A model generated the notes under the pieces. It had not been told where the DNA came from and ran no database searches. It was given only the letters and a program-made list of their open reading frames with translations. Position numbers and translations under genes: made by a program. From Eledone cirrhosa (taxonomy: Eukaryota), in contig OZ024740.1 in NCBI GenBank assembly GCA_964016885.1, positions 395,498,001 to 395,562,000 on the forward strand: a stretch of 64,000 nt of DNA, given 5' to 3'. Shown here in pieces: positions 1-11,200 of the stretch (positions are counted from its first letter, which is position 1; every line of letters begins with the position of its first letter).

Positions 1-329
1 AATTTCTACCACCTTATTACTATCACCACCATCATCATCATCCTCATCTTCATCTCATTCACATATACGTTCAACCACATAATTTTTTTTTTGATCTCAC
101 ACTGCTTTGGCCAGTAACTTTGCAACTGAAAACAATTATTTATTTGCCGGCTTGCTCATTAACCAAACTAGCTCGAAGTTAATGTCAGGCTGTGAAATTA
201 ATTATGTTTCCAAAAATGACTTAATGAAACTTATCTCCTTTATTATTATCAGTAAAATTATCGTCATCATCATTACAATTCTGGCTCTGGAATGGCAAAA
301 TTAGTAGGGGATAATACAGAATCATTATC

Positions 330-502
330 ATCATTATCACCATCACCGTCATGTCCATTTTTCCATGCTAATATGGGTTAGATTAACCCTCTCTAGTACA
401 GCATTGCTGTTTCTTTCCTTTGTCATCTCTTTTGTGAGATTCAGTTTCTTGAGCCCAGCTTTCACTATTTCTGCTCACATCTTTCTTAGTTTTTCTCTTC
501 TA
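330..502 (-). mobile_element. Degenerate 3' end of RTE-clade LINE
   Basis: Reverse strand ends in ...ctaacccatattagcatggaaaaatggacatgacggtgatg, the same tail as RTE copies at 54.5-55.1 kb and 61.7-62.5 kb. tttgtcatctc at 419 aligns with tttgtcatcttc at 61801. Confidence 0.6.
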
Positions 503-1328
503 TAGAGGGTTAGGAAACCAGCTGGATCTGCCTCAAACAATTTCCTATCATAAACAATGTACCTGATATATAATGTTATTAATATGGGTTACAATATAAC
601 AGCATTCTGCTTGTATATCAACATGTGCTAACCATTGTATGCAAAAAATGACTTTAACATTCTGCTCTTTTAATTCTGTGTGAGTAAAATACTTTGTTTG
701 ATGAATGTAAGCAGTACACTAGAATGTTCATCTTTACACATAATCTAAATATTATGGTTCTAAATATGTACTGTTATTTCAAATCTGCACACGCCATTTT
801 CTAGCAATATGCCTCTTTACCATACAACTTCACCTTTAGTGCTTATATTCCCTGGTTACACAAATCACTTGCTCAATATTTCTTATGTGTTCTGTTCACT
901 TCTCAAAAATTTACTTTTATTTTTGCTGGATGTTTTATGTAAATCAATGGTTCTATCTGTGTTTCCTGATGAAATGGGGATTTATGCTTGAGTGCGATTT
1001 AAGTTGATTATTAATTGTTGGACTAATTATTTGATTGATTCTGTATACTGGGGCTATATTTATCTCTATAGAAACAATTGTAGAAATTAAAGGTGAATTT
1101 GAATAACAACCTTGGTTTTCCTTTTGCATTAATTAATTATACTCTGTGGCTTTACTGTCTTCATCTAACTGTATTGTAATCCATTAGAGTACAACTTTGA
1201 CTTGGATTCCTGGCTTTAATAATGCATTAAGCTTGACACACCTTAAAATGATAGTGGAATATTCCACTCTCATTATCTCTATATAAATATATATATATGT
1301 GTGTGTGCATGTGTGTATGTGTGTGTGT

Positions 1329-1481
1329 GTTGATGTTAGGAAGGGCATCCAGCCATAGAAACCATGCCAAAATCAGTTCTGTGTAAGCATGACATGGTCA
1401 TCTGATCTGACGTGTCCCACAATGAGACAACTCGTCTAACCCATGCTAACGTGGAAAAATGAACACTAAACAGTGATGATG

Positions 1482-1482
<1 letters not shown>
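1329..1482 (+). mobile_element. SINE family A fragment (ttaggaagggcatccagc core, RTE-type tail)
   Basis: Core gttaggaagggcatccagccatagaaa, then cgtctaacccatgctaacgtggaa and a (gat)n tail; homologous to 3680-3840. Confidence 0.8.
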
Positions 1483-1531
<49 letters not shown>

Positions 1532-1545
1532 CATACATACATACA
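1483..1545. repeat. (TA)n/(TACA)n microsatellite
   Basis: Direct reading. Confidence 0.95.
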
Positions 1546-1702
1546 CAGAGAGAGATTTGTTAAAAAGAATTCTTTTATGACTTGTTGAAAAAAATGTGTT
1601 TGAATTTCTGAGGTTTTACACATTTGGAAACAAAATAAATCCAATCAGAAACTATATATGATTAAGGGATATAGTCAGCACAATGCAGATAAGTATAATA
1701 AT

Positions 1703-1862
1703 TGTTTCTACGTTAGGCACAAGGCCAGCAATTACCCAGTGTATTACTGGTACTTTATTTTATCGACCCCGTAAGGATGAAAGCCAAAGTTAATCTCGGC
1801 GGGATTTGAACTCAGAATGGCAAGGGCCGTAACTCTATGCGTCAAAGCATGGCGTCCGACCC
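1703..1862 (-). mobile_element. tRNA-derived SINE family B (Nin/Deu-like central domain)
   Basis: Minus strand has a B-box-like gagttcaaatccc, then gccgagattaactttggctttcatccttacggggtcgataaaataaagtaccag. Close to the copy at 47465-47670. Domain name assigned from memory. Confidence 0.75.
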
Positions 1863-2250
1863 ACTATAAGTATAATAATAGTTAATAACTAGGAATAGTA
1901 GCTGAATAAAGCAAGTAAAGTACTCCTGTAGATGAAAGAAAGTGGGGAAACACACACATAGCATGTGTCCTGGTTTATTAATACCACCTGGTTATTGAGG
2001 CCATTAATGCAGCTCATTTTCTTGCAAGTATTGCATTTGGGACCGATCATTCAAGTACTTTTCCATTCATTGATCTGCAGATGATTGTCTTCTAGGAAGA
2101 GAATGTGAAAAAAAATGTTATACATATATATATATATGTATATATATATATGTATATATATATATGTATATTCATTCATTCATTGCTTAGTGGTTAAGAA
2201 ATGAATGAATGAATGAATATAGGGAAAAGCGGACGTAAAATGAAATGATG

Positions 2251-2401
2251 ATTTCATTTTACATCCACTTTTCCCTGCTTGCAAGGGTGGGGTGGGAACT
2301 GATTCTGGCTTGATTTCTACAGCTGGATGCCCTTCCTAACACCAACCTCATTTTCAGTGAGTGCTGGGTGCTTTTTTGCCGTGGCACCTCCACGACCACT
2401 T
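2251..2401 (-). mobile_element. SINE family A copy, inverted relative to 3579-3840
   Basis: Reverse complement nearly identical to parts of 3579-3727 (gtggtcgtggaggtgccacggcaaaaaagcacccagc...aggaagggcatccagctgtagaaatcaagcca). Confidence 0.85.
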
Positions 2402-2429
2402 TACATTGGAATGATAGGGACCCCAGTCC

Positions 2430-2581
2430 CTATTATCTCATTTCTACAGCTGAGTAAACTGGAGAAATGTGGAATAAAGTGTCTTGCTCAAGGAAACAAC
2501 ACATCACCCAGTCTGAGAATTGAACTCACAACCTTTTGATTGCAAGGCCAATGCTCTAACCACTAAGCCATGTGCCTCCAT
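2430..2581 (-). mobile_element. tRNA-derived CORE-like SINE head; may be the 5' part of the 2251-2401 element
   Basis: Minus strand: A-box tggcttagtgg, B-box gagttcaattc, then CORE-like gtttccttgagcaagacacttt. Confidence 0.8.
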
Positions 2582-2586
2582 ATATA

Positions 2587-2626
<40 letters not shown>

Positions 2627-2639
2627 GATATAGATATAG

Positions 2640-3539
2640 AAGCAGGGACTAGAAAGAAAGGCTCTCAAAGTCAACATGACAAAGACTAAGGTCCTTATAA
2701 GTAGACGAGAAAACAGAACCCAGATCCCCTCAGGGAAATGGCCTTGCTCAGTATGTAGGAAAGGTGTAGGTAGGAACTCCATTCTCTGCCCCAAATGCAA
2801 ACAATGGGTACACAAGAGATGTAGCGGGATCTCAGGAAGCTTAATTAAGAATGTAGGCTTCACATGCAGCAGCTGTGCTGAGACACCAAGCAGCAAACAG
2901 CCACAGGAAACAAGTACCACCAATCTCTGGGAGGGCTCTGTAGAAACAGTAGACAGCTTCTGCTACCTAGGTGACCGAATTAGCAGCGGAGGTGGGTGTT
3001 CAGAAAGTACAATAACTAGGGTAAGAAGGGGATGGAAGAAGTTTAGGGAACTACTACCACTGCTAGCTGCAAAAGGCTTCTCCCTCAGAATGAAAGGCAG
3101 ACTGTATGATGCGTGTATCCGAACAGCAATGTTGCATGGTAGTGAGACCTGGGCGCTGAAGGTGGAAGACTTATATAGATTAGAGAGAAACGAAGCCTGC
3201 ATGCTCCGATGGATGTGTAACAGTAATATACGTGAACGACAAAGCATAAATGAATTGAGAGAGAGACTGAGCATAAGAGGAATCAAATGCTGTGTGCAGG
3301 AGAGGCGGTTGTGCTGGTATGGACATGTGATGCGTATGAAGGATGACAGCTGCATAAAAAGGTGCAGAGCACTAGAAGTTGATGGAAACTGCAGAGTGGG
3401 GAGACCCAAGATGACCTGGGATGAGGTGATAAAAGCCGACCTTACCCAATTACACCTCTCAAAGGCAATGACACACGACCGTGACTTCTGGCGTCACACA
3501 GTAATACAGAGTACCCGACCTCCCATGGGTACAAGCTGA
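2640..3539 (+). mobile_element. 5'-truncated RTE-clade LINE; open frame covering the RT C-terminus with a Cys/His-rich (PHD-like) module
   Basis: Frame reads ...LKVNMTKTKVL (end of RT), WPCSVC..C..C..WVHKRC, then FCYLGD, MLHGSETW, LRWMC and LCWYGHVMR...GRPKMTW, typical RTE motifs. It starts abruptly after a (TA)n tract, without the YADD core or endonuclease. Confidence 0.92.
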
Positions 3540-3578
3540 AGCATATAGACAATATGCCCCCACACTCCCCACCGCAAG

Positions 3579-3838
3579 GTGGTCGTGGAGGTGCCACGGC
3601 AAAAAAGCACCCAGCCCACACTGTAAAGTGGACGTGTAGGCGCCACGAAAAAGCACCCAGCACTCACTAAATGAGGTTGGTGTTAGGAAGGGCATCCAGC
3701 TGTAGAAATCAAGCCAAATCAGTTCCTGTATGAGCAAGGCATGGTCAGCCGACCAGACACTGCCCACAACAGGACAACCCGTCTAACCCATGCTAGCGTG
3801 GAAGAACGGACGTAAAACGGTGATGATGATGATGATGA

Positions 3839-3840
<2 letters not shown>
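3579..3840 (+). mobile_element. SINE family A copy with RTE-type tail and (gat)n end
   Basis: aaaagcacccagc module twice, core ttaggaagggcatccagc, tail cgtctaacccatgctagcgtggaagaacggacgtaaaacggtgatgatgatg. Confidence 0.85.
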
Positions 3841-3873
<33 letters not shown>

Positions 3874-3904
3874 TATATATATAAATTTATATATATATAT
3901 ATAT

Positions 3905-4088
3905 ATAGGAACCAGTAAGACCCCGTTTCGACGGCTAATTCTGGACTAGAGTCCAGAATTAGCCGTCGAAACGGCTTGAGCTCAGCTGTCGGGGTCTTAC
4001 TGGTTCCTATTACCCACTCTACTACCTCAAGTATTGAGTACTTTGGTGCGTTATGGTCCACCTGGTTCCTTACCACATTTCCTTCGTT
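3905..4088. mobile_element. Short palindromic element inserted in a (TA)n tract
   Basis: Perfect 25-bp inverted repeat 3923-3947/3950-3974 and perfect 21-bp inverted repeat 3905-3925/3990-4010; GC-rich island between TA tracts. Confidence 0.75.
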
Positions 4089-4120
4089 ATATATATATAT
4101 ATATATAGATATATATATAA

Positions 4121-4163
<43 letters not shown>

Positions 4164-4182
4164 AATTTATATATATATATAT

Positions 4183-4640
4183 ATCATCATTGTTTAACAT
4201 CCATTTTACATGCCTGCATGGGTTAGACGGGTTGTCAGGTTAAGAAACAAGTCAGGTCAGGAGACCATATCTTGTTCATATGGATTTGCATTTTGGCTTG
4301 GTTTCTACGGTTGAATGCCCTTCGTCCTTCCTAACACCAACCACATTACAGTGTGGACTGGGTGCTTTTTATTGTGGCACTGAAATGACCACCTTACAAG
4401 GTCAACTGAGTGCTTTTTGTTGTGTCACTAACACAATCACTTTACAGTGTGGACTGGGGCCTTTTTGATGTGTCACCAGCATGACCACCTTAATGTGCAG
4501 ACAGAGCGATTTTTGTCATATCCCCCATCACAATCACCTTAGATAATGGTTTGGATGCTTTGTTGTTGTGACACTGGAGCAGCACACAAGATGGACTTTG
4601 TGCTTTTTGTCATGGCACAGCATTGTGGAGGTCAGATGTC
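4183..4640 (-). mobile_element. SINE family A copy with tandemly amplified internal module
   Basis: Tail tcatcattgtttaacatccattttacatgcctgcatgggttagacg, core atgcccttc..ctaacaccaac, then about six degenerate gtgctttttNttgtgNcac...accaccttaca modules. Confidence 0.75.
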
Positions 4641-4898
4641 AAGTGTATCTTGCTACAGTCATACAAATATACATATATACTCTACATATAGAAACTTGTA
4701 TATATATACACTCATAAACATACAAACACAAGGACACACATTTATATGTAATACTAGTTTGGATTTGAGATTAATCAATATATATGTAAACAATAAAATA
4801 GAAAAGCCAAGGAAAAGATATTGGGTTCTTTGTAAGACATTTAACAATCCATATATATTGATTATGTAATACAATGTAATATATATATATATATACAC

Positions 4899-4957
<59 letters not shown>

Positions 4958-4960
<3 letters not shown>

Positions 4961-4998
4961 TCATCATCATCGTTTAACATCCATTTTCCACGCTAGCA

Positions 4999-5000
<2 letters not shown>
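4958..5000 (-). mobile_element. Isolated SINE-A/RTE tail inside (TA)n
   Basis: tcatcatcatcatcgtttaacatccattttccacgctagcatg. Confidence 0.7.
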
Positions 5001-5037
<37 letters not shown>

Positions 5038-5220
5038 CACCCTCTCATACACACACACACACAAACATACATATATAGAAACACATATAAGCTTCTCTTC
5101 ATTATTTTTTCAAATTCCCACAACCAATATTCTCTTGAGATGAATTATAGTGGTTTTACTGTTCTATGTATATATATTAGTATTGGTGATATGTATATGT
5201 ATGTAAGCATGTGTGTATAT

Positions 5221-5365
5221 GCTGCTGTTTAGCCCCAGGCCAGCTCTTATCAAGCAGATGAAAGGCATTCAAGTGATTACTATCCTTTTTTTTTATTTTA
5301 TACACCATGTTTGTGGAACTACATTATTGAATGTCTTCTATTTCCAAGCTGTAGAGTTTCATTAT
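5221..5365 (-). mobile_element. SINE-like family C, 3' part
   Basis: Reverse complement ends gaatgcctttcatctgcttgataagagctggcctggggctaaacagcagc; homologous to 48820-48880. Confidence 0.7.
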
Positions 5366-5410
5366 ATAGAAGATCACTCATCGGCTCTTACACGCACACA
5401 CACACACATT

Positions 5411-5560
5411 ACACAGAAAAATAGCAAAGCAAACAACACAGAACGATGAATACATATATTAGTTTAATGCTTGAAATAATAGGAAAAGAGTCTTAACGTT
5501 TTGGATACTTGTCCTTCATCAGAAGATAGAATGAGAAATAAAAGATGAAAGAGAAAGCTA
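5411..5560 (-). mobile_element. Dispersed repeat with minimal hammerhead-ribozyme motif (Penelope-like terminal repeat)
   Basis: Minus strand 5526-5491: tctt CTGATGA a ggac aagt atcc aAAAC gtt aaga, followed by tcaagcattaaactaat, shared with the 52.8 kb and 63.9 kb copies. Confidence 0.65.
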
Positions 5561-5762
5561 GAGATTGAGAAGAGGAAGGAATGGAAAAAATATTGAGAAA
5601 AAGAAACATGTATTCAGTCAGCTATTTTGGAGAGATGTTGGTCAGTGGGTATCTTAGGTATTAGAGAAGTTTAGGAAGGGAGGTAATCATTGTATATTTG
5701 GTGTTGACATATGTATCCGTGTGTGTGCACATGCAGCATGTGTGTGCGTGTGTGTAGGTTTG

Positions 5763-5976
5763 TTTGTTTGTATAGAGATTTGTGGGATGGGCATTGGACC
5801 ATGACAGGCTGGCTGCTGTGAGTGTGTGGAGGTGTAAGTGAGTATGCACACAGGAACTGACCAACATAGTTTGTTTGTGCAGAGATTTGTAGGATGGTCA
5901 TTGGACCGTGACAGGCTGGCTGCTGTGAGTGTGTGGAGGTGTGAGTGAGTATCCACACAGGAACTGACTAACATAG
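5763..5976. repeat. 107-bp tandem duplication (2 copies)
   Basis: 5763-5869 and 5870-5976 are colinear with about 8 substitutions. Confidence 0.9.
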
Positions 5977-6304
5977 AAGATGTACAAATATGTATATGAA
6001 TTTCTGTGGATACATACACACACAGAAATAGTAGAAAGGGGCTGTATAGAAAAGAAGTCAGTAGTAAATATAGTCGTTGACTTTATATTTCATTTTGTCG
6101 TATGGTCATAAGAGAAGATGCTTCACTTCAGGTACAACAATATGGTGGTACAACCACAAATGGTTAAACAGGTAGTTGTTCAATCAACTGTGTACTCTAC
6201 TTGTTAAATCCCATAGACAGGAGTATCATTAACGTAATTCTCAAACTAAATTAGCATGACATGACCTTCTAATTACAAATACAATTGACCTGACAAAATT
6301 TCAC

Positions 6305-6430
6305 AGTTTCTTTTTACTTAATTTCACTCACAAGGTTTGTGTTGACATGAGGGTACGGTAGAGATACTTGCCTAAGATTCTATACTGTGGGATCAAACCA
6401 AGGACCCCATCATTTGAATACACATACACC
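6305..6430 (-). mobile_element. Degenerate CORE-like SINE
   Basis: agatacttgcctaag...gtgggatcaaacc, the reverse complement of B-box plus cttaggcaagtatct. Confidence 0.45.
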
Positions 6431-7009
6431 TTACGTATAAATTTGTCTTGTGCCAATGCTTAGAAATCAATCTAGAAACATTTTAACATTTTATTTATTT
6501 TAATTCTTTCAATAACATTGTCTGTTAGACAAAAAATATTTTTTTTAAATAAGCGAAATTTGTAAGATTTTAGTTTTCATTTTTTCTTTTCTGAATAAAA
6601 GTAATCATTTTTAAAGTCCATTAAAGATACATTTTTTTTAAAATTATATTTTATTGTTGCACATAATCGAAAATTCTATAACTGAACTAAAATTAAGTAA
6701 CAAGTAACTTTTATTTACATATTTTTTATTAAATCTTTCGTGTCTTTTTTTTTTTTTTTTGTTTTTTTTTTTTTCTTCCTTTGCACACCCAGTCAGACAA
6801 CCTTTGCTTTTATCAAATCATTTTCAAACTAAAGCCAGAGTTGAAGTAGTTAAGAAATAATCTATTAACCAAATCTTTTGGTAATATATTTATGTTACTT
6901 TTTTTACTTATTTTATTTTACTTTTATTTATTTATTTTTATTTATTTACTTATTTTTGGCCTTTTGATTATTACTCACTAAGTACCCACTTAATTTTATA
7001 AATAAATTG

Positions 7010-7165
7010 CAGAATGGATGGACAGGCTAACAGACAAAAAGACAAAGAGGCAACCAATCAGTTAGATAGATGGATAGATAAAAAGGGAGATGAATAGATA
7101 GGTAGATTGATGGATAGATAAGTAGGTAGTCAGTTGGATAGACAGATAGATAGACAAATAGTTAA
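7010..7165. repeat. Degenerate (GATA)/(GACA) microsatellite
   Basis: Direct reading. Confidence 0.7.
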
Positions 7166-7475
7166 ACAGTAATTAATTTTTTGCTTTAAAATTATAGACA
7201 TCATAATGTTTGTGTAACTGTAAATGTATACATATATATACATTGTTTTCTCTTCTTTTACTGATTCAAGTCATCCAACTATAGCCAGCCATACTGGAAG
7301 ACTATTTTTAGTTAATTATATTAAACCTAGTAGTTTGGTACATATTTTATTAACCTCAGAAGTCAAGAGGTGAAGCTATAAAATGAGGCAGTAGTCAGTT
7401 ACTGAGAATGATTTAATCGAGTATACTCTTCCTCCAAAATTTGTGGCCAAAGTTAATGAATTTTATTCATGCTAA

Positions 7476-7630
7476 TGGTGGCTAATTATCAAAGTCATTA
7501 GAATATAGGACAAAATGCCTTGTTATATTTGTTCCTCATCTCTAAATTCCATTTCTCTGATGTCAACTTTGATTTTCACCCTTTCAGGGTTGATAAAATA
7601 AAGTAGCAGTCCAGTGCAGTGAATTGATAT
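7476..7630 (+). mobile_element. Degenerate SINE family B
   Basis: gatgtcaactttgattttcaccctttcagggttgataaaataaagtagcag matches the family B core. Confidence 0.65.
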
Positions 7631-7771
7631 CATTTTTAGAGTGCTGAATGAGATATTTTGTTGTATTTGTTCCAGCGCTCTGTAAACTCTTTGCAATTTT
7701 GTGTGTTAGACTTAACACTATCATATAGCTCTTGTATGCTAATACCAGAATTCACTCTTTACAAGCATTTA

Positions 7772-7880
7772 GACCTGATCTCTAGTTTGAGAATAACATT
7801 TTCTATTCTTCCCACAAGTCTCAGAAGCCCTGAAGAAATAAAGGATTAGGACTGCTGCCCTTCCTCCCTGACTAAGTGAT
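7772..7880 (+). repeat. Dispersed repeat fragment shared with 63078-63175
   Basis: Identical 19-mer cccttcctccctgactaag (7858 and 63153), with upstream gatctctNgtNtgagNataac similarity. Confidence 0.7.
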
Positions 7881-8228
7881 ATATTACATTAATTAAAGTA
7901 ATATCACCATTGTACTGATCAACAACTGAGTAAGAGAGAGTTAAATACTTTGTTTGAGCAATGGCACAACACAGAACTGTTTGAAAGACACACACCATTG
8001 ACCCAGTAGTTGGTAGTCTAACATATTATCCATTCACCCAGATGGGATTCTTATCTAACAGTACACACCAAACAGAAACAACAACAAAAATAGCAATAAA
8101 GTATTGTAATCGATAACAACAATGGAAAAAAAGAATAGTTACTATTACCATGACTACATGAACAGAATCAACCTTGGCAAAACAAAGAATAACAATCTAA
8201 ATAAAATCTGTGTTTAGTAGAACTAATG

Positions 8229-11200
8229 ACCTGGTGTTATACAACAACTGTCTATACACCACTGGGCTAACCTGGTGTTATACAACAACTGTCTGTACAC
8301 CACTGGGCTAACCTGGTGTTATACAACAACTGTCTGTACACCACTGGGCTAACCTGGTGTTATACAACAACTGTCTGTACACCACTGGGCTAACCTGGTG
8401 TTATACAACAACTGTCTGTACACCACTGGGCTAACCTGGTGCTATACAACAACTGTCTGTACACCACTGGGCTAACCTGGTGTTATACAACAACTGTCTG
8501 TACACCACTGGGCTAACCTGGTGTTATACAACAACTGTCTATACACCACTGGGCTAACCTGGTGTTATACAACAACTGTCTGTACACCAATGGGCTAGCC
8601 TGGTGCTATACAACAACTGTCTATACACCACTGGGCTAACCTGGTGCTATACAACAACTGTCTGTACACCACTGGGCTGACCTGGTGCTATACAACAACT
8701 GTCTATACACCACTGGGCTAACCTGGTGCTATACAACAACTGTCTATACACCACTGGGCTAACCTGGTGCTATACAACAACTGTCTGTACACCAATGGGC
8801 TAACCTGGTGCTATACGATGACTGTCTGTACACCACTGAGCTAACCTGGTATTATACGACAACTGTCTGTACACCACTGGGCTAACCTGGTGTTATACAA
8901 CAAATGTCTGTACACCACTGGGCTAACCTGGTGTTATACAACAACTGTCTATACACCACTGGGCTAACCTGGTATTATACAACAACTCTCTGTACACCAC
9001 TGGGCTAACCTGGTGTTATACAACAAATGTCTGTACACCACTGGGCTAACTTGGTGTTATACAACAACTGTCTGTACACCACTGGGCTAACCTGGTACTA
9101 TACAACAACTGTCTGTACACCACTGGGCTAACCTGGTGCTATACAACAACTGTCTGTACACCACTGGGCTAACCTGGTGTTATACAACAACTGTCTGTAC
9201 ACTACTGCGCTAACGTGGTGTTATCCAACAACTGTCTGTACACCACTGGGCTAACCTGGTGTTATACAACAACTGTCTGTACACCACTGGGCTAACCTGG
9301 TGCTATACAACAACTGTCTGTACACCACTGGGCTAACCTGGTGTTATACAACAACTGTCTGTACACCACTGGGCTAACCTGGTGCTATACAACAACTGTC
9401 TGCACACCACTGGGCTAACCTGGTGTTATACAACAACTGTCTGTACACCACTGGGCTAACCTGGTGCTATACAACAACTGTCTGTACACCACTGGGCTAA
9501 CCTGGTGCTATACAACAACTGTCTGTACACCACTGGGCTAACCTGGTGCTATACAACAACTGTCTATACACCACTGGGCTAACCTGGTATTATACAACAA
9601 CTGTCTGTACACCACTGGGCTAACCTGGTGTTATACAACAAATGTCTGTACACCACTGGGCTAACTTGGTGTTATACAACAACTGTCTGTACACCACTGG
9701 GCTAACCTGGTACTATACGACAACTGTCTGTACACCACTGGGCTAACCTGGTGCTATACAACAACTGTCTGTACACCACTGGGCTAACCTGGTGTTATAC
9801 AACAACTGTCTGTACACTACTGGGCTAATGTGGTGTTATCCAACAACTGTCTGTACACCACTGGGCTAACCTGGTGTTATACAACAACTGTCTGTACACC
9901 ACTGGGCTAACCTGGTGCTATACAACAACTGTCTGTACACCACTGGGCTAACCTGGTGTTATACAGCAACTGTCTGTACACCACTGGGCTAACCTGGTGT
10001 TATACAACAAGTGTCTGTAAACCACTGGGCTAACCTGATGTTATACAACAACTGTATGTACACCACTGGGATAACCTGGTGTTATACAGCAACTATCTGT
10101 ACACCACTGGGCTAACCTGGTGTTATACAGCAACTGTCTGTACACCACTGGGCTAACCTAGTGCTATACAACAACTGTCTGTACACCACTGGGCTAACCT
10201 GGTGCTATACAACAACTGTCTTTACACCACTGGGCTAACCTGGTGTTATACAACAACTGTCTGTACACCACTGGGCTAACCTGGTGTTATACAACAACTG
10301 TCTGTACACCACTGGGCTAACCTGGTGTTATACAACAACTGTCTGTACACCACTGGGCTAACCTGGTGTTATACAACAACTGTCTGTACACCAATGGGCT
10401 AACCTGGTGCTATACAACAACTGTCTGTACACCACTGGGCTAACCTGATGTTATACAACAACTGTCTGTACACCACTGGGCTAACCTGGTGTTATACAAC
10501 AACTGTCTGTACACCACTGGGCTAACCTGGTGTTATAGAACAACTGTCTGTACACCACTGGGCTAACCTGGTGTTATACAACAACTGTCTGTACACCACT
10601 GGGCTAACCTGGTGTTATACAACAACTGTCTGTACACCACTGGGCTAACCTGGTGTTATACAACAACTGTCTGTACACCACTGGGCTAACCTGGTGCTAT
10701 GCAATAACTGTCTGTACACCACTGGGCTAACCTGGTGTTATACAACAACTGTCTGTACACCACTGGGCTAACCTGGTGCTATGCAATAACTGTCTGTACA
10801 CCACTGGGCTAACCTGGTGTTATACAACAACTGTCTGTACACCACTGGGCTAACCTGGTGCTATACGACGACTGTCTGTACACCACTGGGCTAACCTGGT
10901 AGTATACAACAACTGTCTGTACACGACTGGGCTAACCTGGTGTTATACAACAACTGTCTGTACACTGGGCTAACTTGGTGTTATACAACAACTGTCTGTA
11001 CACCACTGGGCTAACCTGTTGTTATACAACATCTCTCTGTACACCACTGGGCTAACCTGGTGTTATACAACAACTGTCTGTACACCACTGGGATAACCTG
11101 GTGCTATACAACAACTGTCTGTACACCACTGGGCTAACCTGGTGTTATACAACAACTCTCTGTACACCACTGGGCTAACCTGCTGTTATACACCAACTGT

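Noticed and set aside
100-300. Possible enhancer rich in TAAT/ATTA, and a 65-aa ORF
   Set aside because: Motif density is expected in AT-rich DNA, conservation cannot be assessed here, and the ORF starts at TTG with no recognisable motif.
2500-2581. tRNA gene
   Set aside because: A and B boxes are present but run into a CORE-like SINE body; no clean cloverleaf.
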